NCBI GenBank assembly: GCA_046045965.1
Contig: JBJOKS010000011.1
Span: forward strand, 32,001-96,000
DNA: 64,000 nucleotides
Direction of reading: 5' to 3'
DNA from: Cyanobacteriota bacterium
GTDB taxonomy: Bacteria > Cyanobacteriota > Cyanobacteriia > Cyanobacteriales > Nostocaceae
Under the pieces are notes generated by a model. The model made no database searches, was not told the DNA's origin, and saw nothing but the letters and a program-made list of their open reading frames with translations. Below, piece after piece: positions 19,124 through 29,266 of this stretch. Position 1 is the stretch's first letter; the number at the start of each line of letters is the position of its first letter. The translations under genes and the position numbers were made by a program.

Positions 19124-20791
19124 CTAAGCCTCAATTTTCACTCGTCCTACTGGAGAAGCAAGACAAGCGAGAATATAGCCTTCTTCTTGCTCATTCTCAT
19201 CCAAGGCATCCGGTGTGCCATCATACTTCACATCTCCTTCCAACTTCCGCACTTTACAACTACCGCAAACTCCACTGCGACAGCTACTATCAATCTCAAC
19301 TCCTTCTTGTTCAGCTAGATCCAGAATCGATTCTGTGCCATCGCAGGTGATTTCTTTGCCGGATTTGGTAAATACCACAGTCAAAGAGCCTGGTGTTTTC
19401 ACGGACTCTGGAACCGAGGTTGAAATTACTGACTTTGGAACCGGGGTTTGAATTTTTGTAACTTCCTCAGTGATTGTTGGAGTTGGTGGAGAAGGAGTAA
19501 CGGTAGGTTTGGGAGCGGATGGCTGTGGTTTGGACTTTTTCGCGCCGCCAAAACTTTCTTCATAGTAGTTTTGCATGGGGAATCCAATTTGCTCCAGCAT
19601 GGTTTTCACACCTTGCATAAAACTATTGGGTCCGCAAACATAGACTGTACGCTGCCAAAAATCAGGAGCGATCTCATAGAGCATTTGTTCGGTAAGTCTG
19701 CCGATAAAGCCATACCAAGCTTGGCCAGGTTCTGGTCTGGTAATGGCTATTGCCAGACGAAATTTAGGCTGGTGACTAGATATTAACTCTAGTTCCTGAC
19801 GGCAAATAATATCACGAGGACTGCGAGCAGAATGGAAAAAGACAATATCGCAATCAGAAGCAGTATCCATCATCCATCGGGACATTGATATCATCGGTGT
19901 AATACCACTCCCAGCAGAAATAAATAGAAGTTTTTGGCTAGGGTTGGCAAAACAAGTGAATTTTCCCAATGGTCCGCTGACCTTGATTTCTTGACCAACT
20001 CTGAGATTGTCGTGCAACCAGTTAGAAACCAAACCTGGCGGTGCATCCACAGTATCTGGTGGAGCAGGAACACGCTTAACTGTAATTTCTAAAGTATGGG
20101 GACGTGAAGGTGTGGAAGAGATTGAGTAAGAGCGTTTAACTGGTTTATCGTTGATTTTTAGGTTCAGCGTAATAAACTGACCTGGTTGGTAGGTAAATAA
20201 TACTGGTGGGTCAGCAACAAAGCGAAATGTCTTCACATCGTCTGTTTCGTCAATTATTGCTACACAACGAACCATCAAATCACCTTTTTGCCAGTGACTG
20301 ATCTGATCTGGTGGCACAAGTGCAAGGGGCATATACTCACTGGGTGAACGAGTTGGTTCACCTGCTTGCTGACTCACCTGGGGAATAGGAATGGTTCGAG
20401 CAGCCTGTGGAGGATTTGATGTTTGACTGGGGACTGTTTGCTGTTGTTTAACCTTTCCATTATCTGTTGCTAATCGAGGCGCTTCAACAATAAGAATAAA
20501 TTCGCCAATCCGAATAATGTCATCTTTTTTTAGGAGATATTTTTGGTTTAGCTCCGCTACTTGGTCATTGATGCGAGAGCCACTGAGACTAGCAAGGTCA
20601 GAGAAGTAATATTCCCCTTCTTCATAGCGGATACTGCTGTGAACTCGACTAACTTCAACACTGGGCAGAACTATACCACAATTACGGGAGCGACCAATAA
20701 AACACTCGCCATTGATCATCTCTTCTGGCGATATATCTATCTGTTTGATCTCTGTGGGTATTTTTGAGTTTAACAGTTTGATTTTGAGCAT
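19124..20791 (-). CDS. FHA domain + FAD/NAD(P)-binding FNR-type oxidoreductase + C-terminal [2Fe-2S] ferredoxin
   Basis: FHA IGRS...VSRVH...DLASLSG; FAD motif RSYSISS; NAD motifs SAGSGITPM and YVCGP; ferredoxin SSCRSGVCGSC...LAC. Confidence 0.9.
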   Translation of the reverse strand: MLKIKLLNSKIPTEIKQIDISPEEMINGECFIGRSRNCGIVLPSVEVSRVHSSIRYEEGEYYFSDLASLSGSRINDQVAELNQKYLLKKDDIIRIGEFILIVEAPRLATDNGKVKQQQTVPSQTSNPPQAARTIPIPQVSQQAGEPTRSPSEYMPLALVPPDQISHWQKGDLMVRCVAIIDETDDVKTFRFVADPPVLFTYQPGQFITLNLKINDKPVKRSYSISSTPSRPHTLEITVKRVPAPPDTVDAPPGLVSNWLHDNLRVGQEIKVSGPLGKFTCFANPSQKLLFISAGSGITPMISMSRWMMDTASDCDIVFFHSARSPRDIICRQELELISSHQPKFRLAIAITRPEPGQAWYGFIGRLTEQMLYEIAPDFWQRTVYVCGPNSFMQGVKTMLEQIGFPMQNYYEESFGGAKKSKPQPSAPKPTVTPSPPTPTITEEVTKIQTPVPKSVISTSVPESVKTPGSLTVVFTKSGKEITCDGTESILDLAEQEGVEIDSSCRSGVCGSCKVRKLEGDVKYDGTPDALDENEQEEGYILACLASPVGRVKIEA

Positions 20792-20899
20792 ATTGACAAT
20801 AATTTCTGAGTTTCAATTGCTAAATTACCGGGTAAGGAGTGAGGAGTTATTGTCTTTGTTATTGGAGGATGAACGGATCTCCTCATCCCCCTAGCTTCC

Positions 20900-23800
20900 T
20901 CACTTTTTACTTTCTTTAACTTTTGCGGTTAACCTTTGCAGGCGAGCCATTGTTGTCAGTAACAAACTCTTTAATACTTCCGAATCATTGCGTGATACTG
21001 TCTCAAAATCCTTGGCATCAATGACCAAAACTCGATTTGTTTCTGCTTTGGCAATTACATTTGCCGATCGCGGTTGCCGTCTCATTACACCCATTTCACC
21101 GATGGTTTCACCTGATTCAATGGTGTTGATGACAACCTCTGTAGCTCCTTGCAGAACTGTTGCCTCAGCTTCTCCATTGATCAACAGTAGAATTTCATTG
21201 GATGGTTCTCCAGCCCTATATATAGTTTCTCTTTGAGAGTAAACCCGAATCTCGGCTTTGCGAGCTAGTTCTATCAAGGCTTCCGGTTTTACTGAGCGGA
21301 AAGAATTGTTTTCCAACATCAATAAAAGTTTATCCAGAGTGCTGAAAGTTTCTTTTGGTGATTCTGACTGTAATGCTGGCCGCTTTGTCCAACTCACAGC
21401 TATACTGGGTTCGTCCGCTGGGCTAACCCGAATCACATCTCCTTGTTGGAGACGCACGGTATTATTTTGTAATCGTTTATCATTAATACGTAACCCGTAG
21501 GTACTATTTAATGCTGTCAAACCAAGTCCTTGTTCATCAACATGGAATATGGCGTGACATTGCGATACTTTGGCATTAGCTAAAACAATATCATTTGCAC
21601 AATTACGTCCCACTTGGACAACTGATTGCTGAAATACAAATTCTTGTGTTGTTTCCCCTACTTTTACTTGAGCGATGAGAGTTGGCAACAAAGTGGCCAT
21701 CGGTCCTTTATCCAGACCCAGGATTTTTTCCACTGTCTCCTGGACTAGCCAATCTTTGATTTTTGCAGAGTTGAGTAACTGGAGTGCTTGTTCGTGTCCT
21801 TGTTCTGGATCTAGTTGATCCAAAGCATAAAGTGCGGCAGCTTGGATGAGTGGTTCTAGCTCTTGCAAAAGTTCCTTGAGAATCTCAATCACAAAGGGCT
21901 GAGTATTAGCTGATATTACATTTGGTGTTTGTTGACCAGCAACAAATATTTGCGTCGGTACTTCGTCATCAATTATCTGTGATTGAGTATCAAAAGCTAC
22001 GGTTACTTCTGATTTATCGGGTTGTAGAAGTGCGATCACTTCCTCACCAATTCTCTGTTGCCATCGCAAACTACTATTAACTTCATTCAGGATATTTGGC
22101 AATACATTTTCTGCCAGTATCCCAATAGCACTAGCAAGTTTTGCTGCATCAGGTGATTCTCCCAAAACTTCCAGAATACACAACAATTGTTTGGTGATAA
22201 TTAGTTGTTTATTCTCAATAGCAACTAATCGCAACAAGGCAAAAACAGATGCTTGCTGAGTTGGAAAATTACTTAAGACTTGATAGCGGACAATCAGATC
22301 CTTTAACTGTGTGAGTAGTACCTCTGCTTTGCGAAGAATCACACTGTTTTCATTATTCATTTGGGATAAAATTTGTGCTTCTTCATCGGTTGTAATTCCA
22401 TACTCTTGTCTTATGACTTGAATTTGCTTGTCTTTGCGCTGGAGTGCTTGATCCAATGGAACTCCCATCTCGATCAAATCTAACAGTTGTTGTTCTAGAG
22501 CTTGCTGATAGCTTTCAATTCTTAACTGGTTTTCCCGGCTTCTACGTTTATTCGGATCTAATAAATCTGGGCTTTCTACTCCCAATTCTGTCAATATACT
22601 GTAGTGTTCTTCATCTTTAAGTCCCAATTCCAAACGGATATACTTAAGTTCTTCTAAGCTACTTGCTGGCTCTATATTTCCTTGCTCTAATTCCTCGCGC
22701 AGCAATCCTTTGTACACTTGAAAGCTGGATTCTTTACTAAAACTGGGTAGCACTTTAGCCAGAACATAGACTTCATCAGGTTTTAGGTTCTGTACTGATC
22801 GACCTTCTAGGAATTTAGATAAATCAATTGTTAATTTAGCCAATTGTCGGCGCAGAGTTTCCGCCAAACTTTCCCTTGAATAAGTTTCAGAACTGCGGTC
22901 AATAGTTCTGTACACCCACAGGGTGCTGACTAGGATGACTAACGCATTAAACCCTAATTCTATAATTTGTGGTAAATCTTTGAGTATGGGACGGCCAGCA
23001 AATATGAAATAAAAGTTGAATACTACAAAGGTACAGATTGTAAACATGGTGTGCTGTACCTGTTGTTTGACCTGTTGTTTACTGAGAGATTTATTAGTCC
23101 TTATGCGATAAGCTCTATATGCTTTTTCCACCTTACATAACAGAAAATAGCTTGCTGCTACAAAAGTTCCAATAGTCAGTGGAACAGCAAATAATTTGGG
23201 AATGGGAATTGGCTGACCAAAAATATAAAATCCTGGATTTAATAGAGTCTCTAACTGATTTTCTTCGTGACTCCAAACTCCAGAGAAGTAATAATCAAGA
23301 TTTCCAGAATACAGAAAGTAGTAAAGATAAAAGCCTATTACTAGTCCCAAATAGCCATATTGCACGAATCTGCGACCTGGTTTGTTTAACATTTCCCAGT
23401 AAGACCGTTCTGCATCAATGTCAATGCAAGGAGATTGGCAGCTAACACAGGCACTTTTTTCGTTACCATCTTTATCTGATGTCCGACACATAGACTGGGT
23501 AACAATTTGTTTCTGACCTTGGTGAGCTTCACTTCCTAATAATGCCCTTGGACCGTTATAGACTATCTGCACGGGAGCCATAGGACAGAAATATTGACAC
23601 CAGCTTTTACCTGCAAACAGATAACCTACCAATATTGCTGATAGAATGGTGAGGATGATAAAAGAGCCTAGCAACAGGCGTTCAGAATTAACAAATAGAA
23701 TTCGCAAGCACAGACCAAGGCAAAGAAACCCAAATTGGAAGTATAGATGATTACGACCAAGCCAAGAATCTTTTGCTACCTTAGCAAGTTCATAGCGCAC

Positions 23801-24199
23801 TGCTCCTGTGCGGGGATTGGTAACTTTACGTTGACGTTGCTTGCCTAATGCTCTAGGAATTTGTGAGATAAAAGATAAGGGGCAGATACGCCGCCATGTT
23901 TCATGTCCTAAAACGAGGAGAATCATTACTCCACAGGGAATGATAATTCCCCAAAAAATTTTGGCTGCTAATGCAAAAGGTTTAACATCAACACACTTTC
24001 CCTGAACTGTGACAACCTCTTTGCATTTCGTCGGGTCTAATAGATCCGGGTTGAGGCGAAAAATACTCCATTCAGTAGAAGGCTGGGTTAGATATGGTGA
24101 AATAGGGTCGTAAAACAACGACACAATCAGTATAATCCAACCAATAACGAGCAGCCATCTAACAAAATGCATTTGTTTTTCCGGGACTCGATGAAACAT
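20900..24199 (-). CDS. Multidomain membrane Fe-S protein (polyferredoxin-like) with HEAT-like, FHA and cNMP-binding domains
   Basis: Several TM helices; RRICPLS, WCQYFCPM, CVSCQSPC; helical QAAALYAL segment; FHA VGRN...VSQCHA; cNMP IYRAGE...GEMG...PRSANV. Confidence 0.85.
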   Translation of the reverse strand: MFHRVPEKQMHFVRWLLVIGWIILIVSLFYDPISPYLTQPSTEWSIFRLNPDLLDPTKCKEVVTVQGKCVDVKPFALAAKIFWGIIIPCGVMILLVLGHETWRRICPLSFISQIPRALGKQRQRKVTNPRTGAVRYELAKVAKDSWLGRNHLYFQFGFLCLGLCLRILFVNSERLLLGSFIILTILSAILVGYLFAGKSWCQYFCPMAPVQIVYNGPRALLGSEAHQGQKQIVTQSMCRTSDKDGNEKSACVSCQSPCIDIDAERSYWEMLNKPGRRFVQYGYLGLVIGFYLYYFLYSGNLDYYFSGVWSHEENQLETLLNPGFYIFGQPIPIPKLFAVPLTIGTFVAASYFLLCKVEKAYRAYRIRTNKSLSKQQVKQQVQHTMFTICTFVVFNFYFIFAGRPILKDLPQIIELGFNALVILVSTLWVYRTIDRSSETYSRESLAETLRRQLAKLTIDLSKFLEGRSVQNLKPDEVYVLAKVLPSFSKESSFQVYKGLLREELEQGNIEPASSLEELKYIRLELGLKDEEHYSILTELGVESPDLLDPNKRRSRENQLRIESYQQALEQQLLDLIEMGVPLDQALQRKDKQIQVIRQEYGITTDEEAQILSQMNNENSVILRKAEVLLTQLKDLIVRYQVLSNFPTQQASVFALLRLVAIENKQLIITKQLLCILEVLGESPDAAKLASAIGILAENVLPNILNEVNSSLRWQQRIGEEVIALLQPDKSEVTVAFDTQSQIIDDEVPTQIFVAGQQTPNVISANTQPFVIEILKELLQELEPLIQAAALYALDQLDPEQGHEQALQLLNSAKIKDWLVQETVEKILGLDKGPMATLLPTLIAQVKVGETTQEFVFQQSVVQVGRNCANDIVLANAKVSQCHAIFHVDEQGLGLTALNSTYGLRINDKRLQNNTVRLQQGDVIRVSPADEPSIAVSWTKRPALQSESPKETFSTLDKLLLMLENNSFRSVKPEALIELARKAEIRVYSQRETIYRAGEPSNEILLLINGEAEATVLQGATEVVINTIESGETIGEMGVMRRQPRSANVIAKAETNRVLVIDAKDFETVSRNDSEVLKSLLLTTMARLQRLTAKVKESKK

Positions 24200-24820
24200 A
24201 GCAGTGATCCTGATTATTCTTTATAGTTAGAGAAATTTACTCGATTTTTTTGACCGAGTTCGGTTGGTGATGTCTTCGTTGTTATTGTATCAGGGGTATA
24301 GCAAATTTGCCTAAAAGATTTTGCGATGTGGCGTGCAATGCTGATCCTGAATGCTTTTTAAGGACAACGTATGTGCCTGGATTTTTCACAAATTCTCAAA
24401 AACAGGGGTCAACAACCTGACATGGAAGCACTAGAGGACTCTTTTTGATTCCAGGGAAGAAAAATGAGAATTTACACATTGACAATTAACGTGATTTTTC
24501 GATGATTTGTGAATGATTACCCTGACACAAATCTCTTCCCAATCGTCAGTAATATTACAACAGAAGCAGTCAGTAATGAAACCTTCTTGGTATTATTATT
24601 AACGGTGACCAATAAAGAAAGCTGACAAAAGGCCTGTAGAGCAGGAAATGAGTTGTTGAACATAAAAGAAGCGATCGCAGTTCCGTTGTAGTTGTGCGAT
24701 CGCCCTAATTAATTGACACCTAGCCAAAGGAATCAATTTAAAAGATTATATTTCTCATCCTACGAATATGGGGTGCAGTGTTATCCCCATCAGGTGTTTT
24801 ACCCCACATTTAAAATTTAA

Positions 24821-25096
24821 CTAAAATTTAACAACTACTTTGCCGCAACTTTGACCACTTAGCAAGTATTCCACTGCATTGGGGATAGATTCTAAACCAT
24901 TAAATTCTCCTGGGTCAATGGCAACTTTAATCTTACCAGTATAGAACAGATTGAGAAGGCGATCGCGTGCCTCTGGGATATATTCTTGATAATGTGGCAT
25001 CAAAAAACCACGCACAGAAGCAGCTTTCCCAAATAATTGGTGATAAATGCGGGTAGAGTTAATTAGTTCGGGAATTTTCGCATATTCAGAAATAAA
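24821..25096 (-). pseudogene. C-terminal remnant of a zinc-binding/NADP-dependent oxidoreductase (MDR family)
   Basis: Frame reads FISEYAKIPELINSTRIYHQLFGKAASVRGFLMPHY...FNGLESIPNAVEYLLSGQSCGKVVVKF; no N-terminal part and no room for it before the hisS stop. Confidence 0.7.
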
Positions 25097-25300
25097 ACTC
25101 TTGTGGTGTGGGTATCTTGTCCGCTAGATGTGTACCTGATAACAACAGAAAGTGCTGTAAGTAATCTTCAGCAATGTTCGATAAAATGAAAATACTGGAT
25201 ATTGCTATTGATTTTATTTGAAAAAACCCATCAACTTGTCTAATAAACCACGTATAAAGCTCATAAACCAAGGTTGAGGTAATTGTTCCACTGAATGTAA

Positions 25301-26689
25301 TTATACAAGTCTACGTTTAACTTCCTCTGCTAAATCTACTAAAGCCACCTCTACTTGTTCACCTGATTTCAAATCCTTCAATGATGATTTTTCTGCTGCT
25401 GCTTCATCAGCACCAATAATTACACAAAATTGAATTCCTTGTTTATCTGCGGCTTGAAATTGTTTACCCAAAGGACGTTTTTCAAAATTAGTCACCACAT
25501 TAATTCCCGCTTGGCGTAATTGTTGTGATACCTTTAAATAAACAGGCATTAAATCATCTTGCATATTTACTACTACAACTTGCGTAGGTGTAGCAGATAA
25601 AGTATTGAGAATACCTGCTTTTAATAAACGACTAATTAACCGAGTTAAACCGATAGAAATGCCCACACCTGGCATTTTTTCACCTAAAAACATTCCCACT
25701 AATTCTTCATATCTGCCACCAGAACAGATACTACCCAAGGCTTCATGTCCAATTAAAGTGGTTTCGTAAACTGTGCCAGTATAGTAATTTAACCCACGAG
25801 CGATAGATAAATCAATACAGAAACTTTTATCAGCAACTCCTAAATCTCTTACGCCATTAATTACGGTTTCTAATTCACTAACTCCTAGATTAAATTCCTC
25901 GGCTGATGGTAAATTCAGAGCTAGATATTTGAGTTTATCTAAAACATCATCAACGCTACCATCAATTTTAATAAATTCAATTATTTTCTCTGTTTGCTCT
26001 GAAGAAATACCTTCTTTTTCTAGTTCTAATTTAACTTTCGCTTCGCCAATTTTTTCCAAATTATCAATAATGCCTATACAGGCTTTAATTTGGTTTTCAG
26101 CCACTCCTACCGACTGAAAGAAACCTGTGAGAATTTTGCGGTTATTGATGCGAATGACAAAATCACCAATATTAATTGCTGCAAATATTTCGGTAATAAT
26201 TGCTGGCATTTGGGCATCATATAATAAACTGAGTTTACCACGAGCAACAACATCAATATCACATTGACGAAATTGCCGAAAGCGTCCATCTTTTGCCCGT
26301 TCTCCGCGAAATACCATATCCATTTGATAACGAGCAAAGGGAAAGGTTAATTCATTTAAATGACGGGCAATATAAGCAGCGAAAGGAACAGTTTGATCAA
26401 ATTTTAAAGCTCTGGCTTCCGAACCAGTTTCGCCAGATTTATCCTTTTCTGCTTGGCGATTTGGTGGTAAAATTGGGTCAATCCCATATATTATGTTATC
26501 GCCTTGATTTCCCTTGGCTTGCAATACTTCTAACCGTTCTACGGCTGGGGTTTCAATGGGTGTAAAACCATAACTTTCAAATACACGACGGATGATATCT
26601 AATAAATATACTTCTAACCGTTTTTCGCTGGGCAGAAATTCGGGAAAACCGCTAGGGGTAGAAAAGTTGATTTTGTCACTTTTGGCCAT
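25301..26689 (-). CDS. hisS: Histidyl-tRNA synthetase
   Basis: FRGERAKDGRFRQFRQCDID, IARGLNYYTG, SGGRYEEL. Confidence 0.96.
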   Translation of the reverse strand: MAKSDKINFSTPSGFPEFLPSEKRLEVYLLDIIRRVFESYGFTPIETPAVERLEVLQAKGNQGDNIIYGIDPILPPNRQAEKDKSGETGSEARALKFDQTVPFAAYIARHLNELTFPFARYQMDMVFRGERAKDGRFRQFRQCDIDVVARGKLSLLYDAQMPAIITEIFAAINIGDFVIRINNRKILTGFFQSVGVAENQIKACIGIIDNLEKIGEAKVKLELEKEGISSEQTEKIIEFIKIDGSVDDVLDKLKYLALNLPSAEEFNLGVSELETVINGVRDLGVADKSFCIDLSIARGLNYYTGTVYETTLIGHEALGSICSGGRYEELVGMFLGEKMPGVGISIGLTRLISRLLKAGILNTLSATPTQVVVVNMQDDLMPVYLKVSQQLRQAGINVVTNFEKRPLGKQFQAADKQGIQFCVIIGADEAAAEKSSLKDLKSGEQVEVALVDLAEEVKRRLV

Positions 26690-26733
26690 GCTTTTACCTT
26701 GTCGAGTTATTAATTATAATTAATAATTATAAG

Positions 26734-28122
26734 CTATTCACAAATTTGTAAGATTACCAATGTCATATCATCATTGTTTTGCCTATCAGGACCGATGAAT
26801 TCCTGAACTTTATCAAACAAATAATCGACAATTTCCTGTGGTCCATTGCAATAACGACAAGCAGTATTAAATGAAGTCACAAAATTATCTTCATCAAAGC
26901 GATCGCCACTAGCCGCTGCCGCATCTGTCAAACCATCTGTATAGTAAACAACCGTATCTCCTGGTTCTAATTGTACTTGCCCATCTTCATATTGACTATT
27001 AGCATCCAAACCAATCAACATCCCTAAAGTATCCAATCTGCTCACAGTTTTAGTCGCAGCGTGCCACCACAAAGGCGGATTATGTGCAGCATTACTATAA
27101 GATAAAACTCGCGTTTTCGGGTCATATTCTGAATAAAACATGGTGACAAAGCGGTGGGAATTTTCCAAATCCGCATACATAACTCGATTCAAATTTTGCA
27201 GAATCCCTGCTGCGGAATTACCATGTAATACTTCACCTCTGAGCATTCCCCGCAACATTGTCATAATTAAACCAGCAGGAACACCTTTACCCATGACATC
27301 GCCAATTACCAAAGCCCAACGGGTATCTTCAGCACTACGCTTATTACTTAGCTGTAACTGATTATGATTTGTGGGAATAAAATCATAATAATCTCCACCC
27401 ACACGATTAGCAGGTTTACAACGTGCGGCTAAAACTGCACCAGGAACACTAGGACATTGACGCGGTAAAAGTCGGCGTTGAATTTCTGCGCCAATTTCTA
27501 ATTCTTGATCTAAGCGTTCTTTTTTTCTCAGTTCTACTGCTAGTTCATCGTTTTCAATGGCTACGGCTGTTTGATCTGCAACTAACCTGACTAACTTTTG
27601 TCTAGTTTCTGTCCAACTATATTCTGGATCACGGCTTAAAACATAAAGCCATCCCCGTTCTGTATGCTTAACTAAAATTGCCGTGCCAAAAATCTGTACA
27701 TCTGGACCCAAATAGCGGTGCATCTGATCATCTAAAATTCCTGTGGTTGCTGTTAGCGGCACAGAATTGGGTAAAAGTGTGATTTGACTGCTGGCAGTTT
27801 CTAGGGCTTTGCGGATATTTTTCCGTTGTTGGCTATCTTGCCAATGTAGCTGCTCTAATCTAATTTGACCATTGGGTTTATAGAGAAATAAGGCGCTACC
27901 ATCAGCATCAGTAACTCTGGTGGCCATGAGTGGAATCAGTTCTAAAAACTGGTTCAAATTATTGAAGCTTCTCAGGGCAAATCCTAAAGAACTGAGCAAA
28001 TCTTGAATTTTGTTCTGTTCCCGATTTAGCCTAGCCACAAGTTCTTTCAGTGCCACAACTGGAGTGACATCTGTGGTGGCACTACTATTAATTTCCGTGG
28101 AGTGAGAAGGAACTTGAGACAC
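26734..28122 (-). CDS. GAF + PP2C (RsbU/SpoIIE-type) Ser/Thr phosphatase
   Basis: VGGDYYD, IGDVMGKG, YTDGLTD, DDMT; N-terminal GAF-like region. Confidence 0.9.
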   Translation of the reverse strand: MSQVPSHSTEINSSATTDVTPVVALKELVARLNREQNKIQDLLSSLGFALRSFNNLNQFLELIPLMATRVTDADGSALFLYKPNGQIRLEQLHWQDSQQRKNIRKALETASSQITLLPNSVPLTATTGILDDQMHRYLGPDVQIFGTAILVKHTERGWLYVLSRDPEYSWTETRQKLVRLVADQTAVAIENDELAVELRKKERLDQELEIGAEIQRRLLPRQCPSVPGAVLAARCKPANRVGGDYYDFIPTNHNQLQLSNKRSAEDTRWALVIGDVMGKGVPAGLIMTMLRGMLRGEVLHGNSAAGILQNLNRVMYADLENSHRFVTMFYSEYDPKTRVLSYSNAAHNPPLWWHAATKTVSRLDTLGMLIGLDANSQYEDGQVQLEPGDTVVYYTDGLTDAAAASGDRFDEDNFVTSFNTACRYCNGPQEIVDYLFDKVQEFIGPDRQNNDDMTLVILQICE

Positions 28123-29082
28123 AGGTAAATATACTATTGCATTGGATATTAACAGATGGCAGATTTATGATTTATGATCAATCCTTTTTGTTGGGTCTTG
28201 CTCAATCATATTCGACAAGATTAGTCATTTTAGCAAGAGTAGAAAGACTGAGGATGTAATTTTGAGCAGTATTGCATTTGCTGATGGTATTTTTTGTCAT
28301 TTATGAGGAATTTCCTGTTATGTATTTGTTCAGTTAACCGTCAATTAACCCTGTCCAGTATAAAACAGTAATTTTATTAACGCTACAAACGGCTTACAAT
28401 TTTTTCATGACTGAATTACTAATTCATATATCTTGGGAAATAAAGCTTTATGGTTATCGGAGCTATCTCTTACACCTATTGAGTAAGTCTTGAGAGTTTT
28501 TGATGAATGGATTTTGGACTGGGTTGTTAATCAGGTTGTTCCTACTGCTGTTAGGGAAAAAAGATTTATCATGATACCTGTAAAGGCAAAATTGCAAATT
28601 ATAAATTGTAAACATTTAACTGGTATAGCATAAATTTCTTGAATATTTACTCAGAGATAAATTTTCTCTCTTCAGTTTATGAGCTAGGAGATTTTTAATG
28701 GCTGAAGATTCAATTTAGTTCACACCGAAAATATCTAGAATCTATGTAAATAGAACCTAGATGAAGCTTACTCTGCCATATTTAAACCAAAACTTATATA
28801 GGGTGTTGTGGTTTAACCATGATAATTTGAATCTCTAAATGGTTGACAGAGAGTATTTATGAGTAATTTTGCTTATGGAACCTGATAACCAAGACAGGAG
28901 TATTTAGCCAGTTCATTGACACTGATCAAATGGTTGGTAAATACCTTTTACATTAATCAAGTCACCTTGGTTCTGTATGAGATAAACCCCTTGGACAGTG
29001 ATAAAGATGGCTTTAGTGTGAAATTCTACCAGAAGTTAGCCATTTTTTGTAAAAAAAAAGAATTATTTTTATTTTTAGGAGG

Positions 29083-29266
29083 CTGGGGACTGGGGACTGG
29101 GGACTGGGGACTGGGAAGAAAGTAGGGGGAGCAGGGGGAGCAGGGGGAGCAGGGGGAGAATATTAACTTTTACTTTTGCCTCTTGCATGAGTGCCTTTTG
29201 CCTTCTGTTCCCTGTTAAGAGTTCCCTTCTTTCCCAATTACCAATTACCAATTACCAATTACCAAT
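29083..29266. repeat. Cluster of STRR/short tandem repeats (GGGGACT, GGGGGAGCA, CAATTAC)
   Basis: Tandem arrays directly visible downstream of ftsY. Confidence 0.85.

Noticed and set aside
19124..24199. HIP1 absence as proof of horizontal acquisition
   Set aside because: Comparable HIP1-free gaps occur in ordinary regions of this window (e.g. about 46250-53540)
28916..29125. 69-aa plus-strand ORF
   Set aside because: TTG start, no motif, C-terminus is translated GGGGACT repeats
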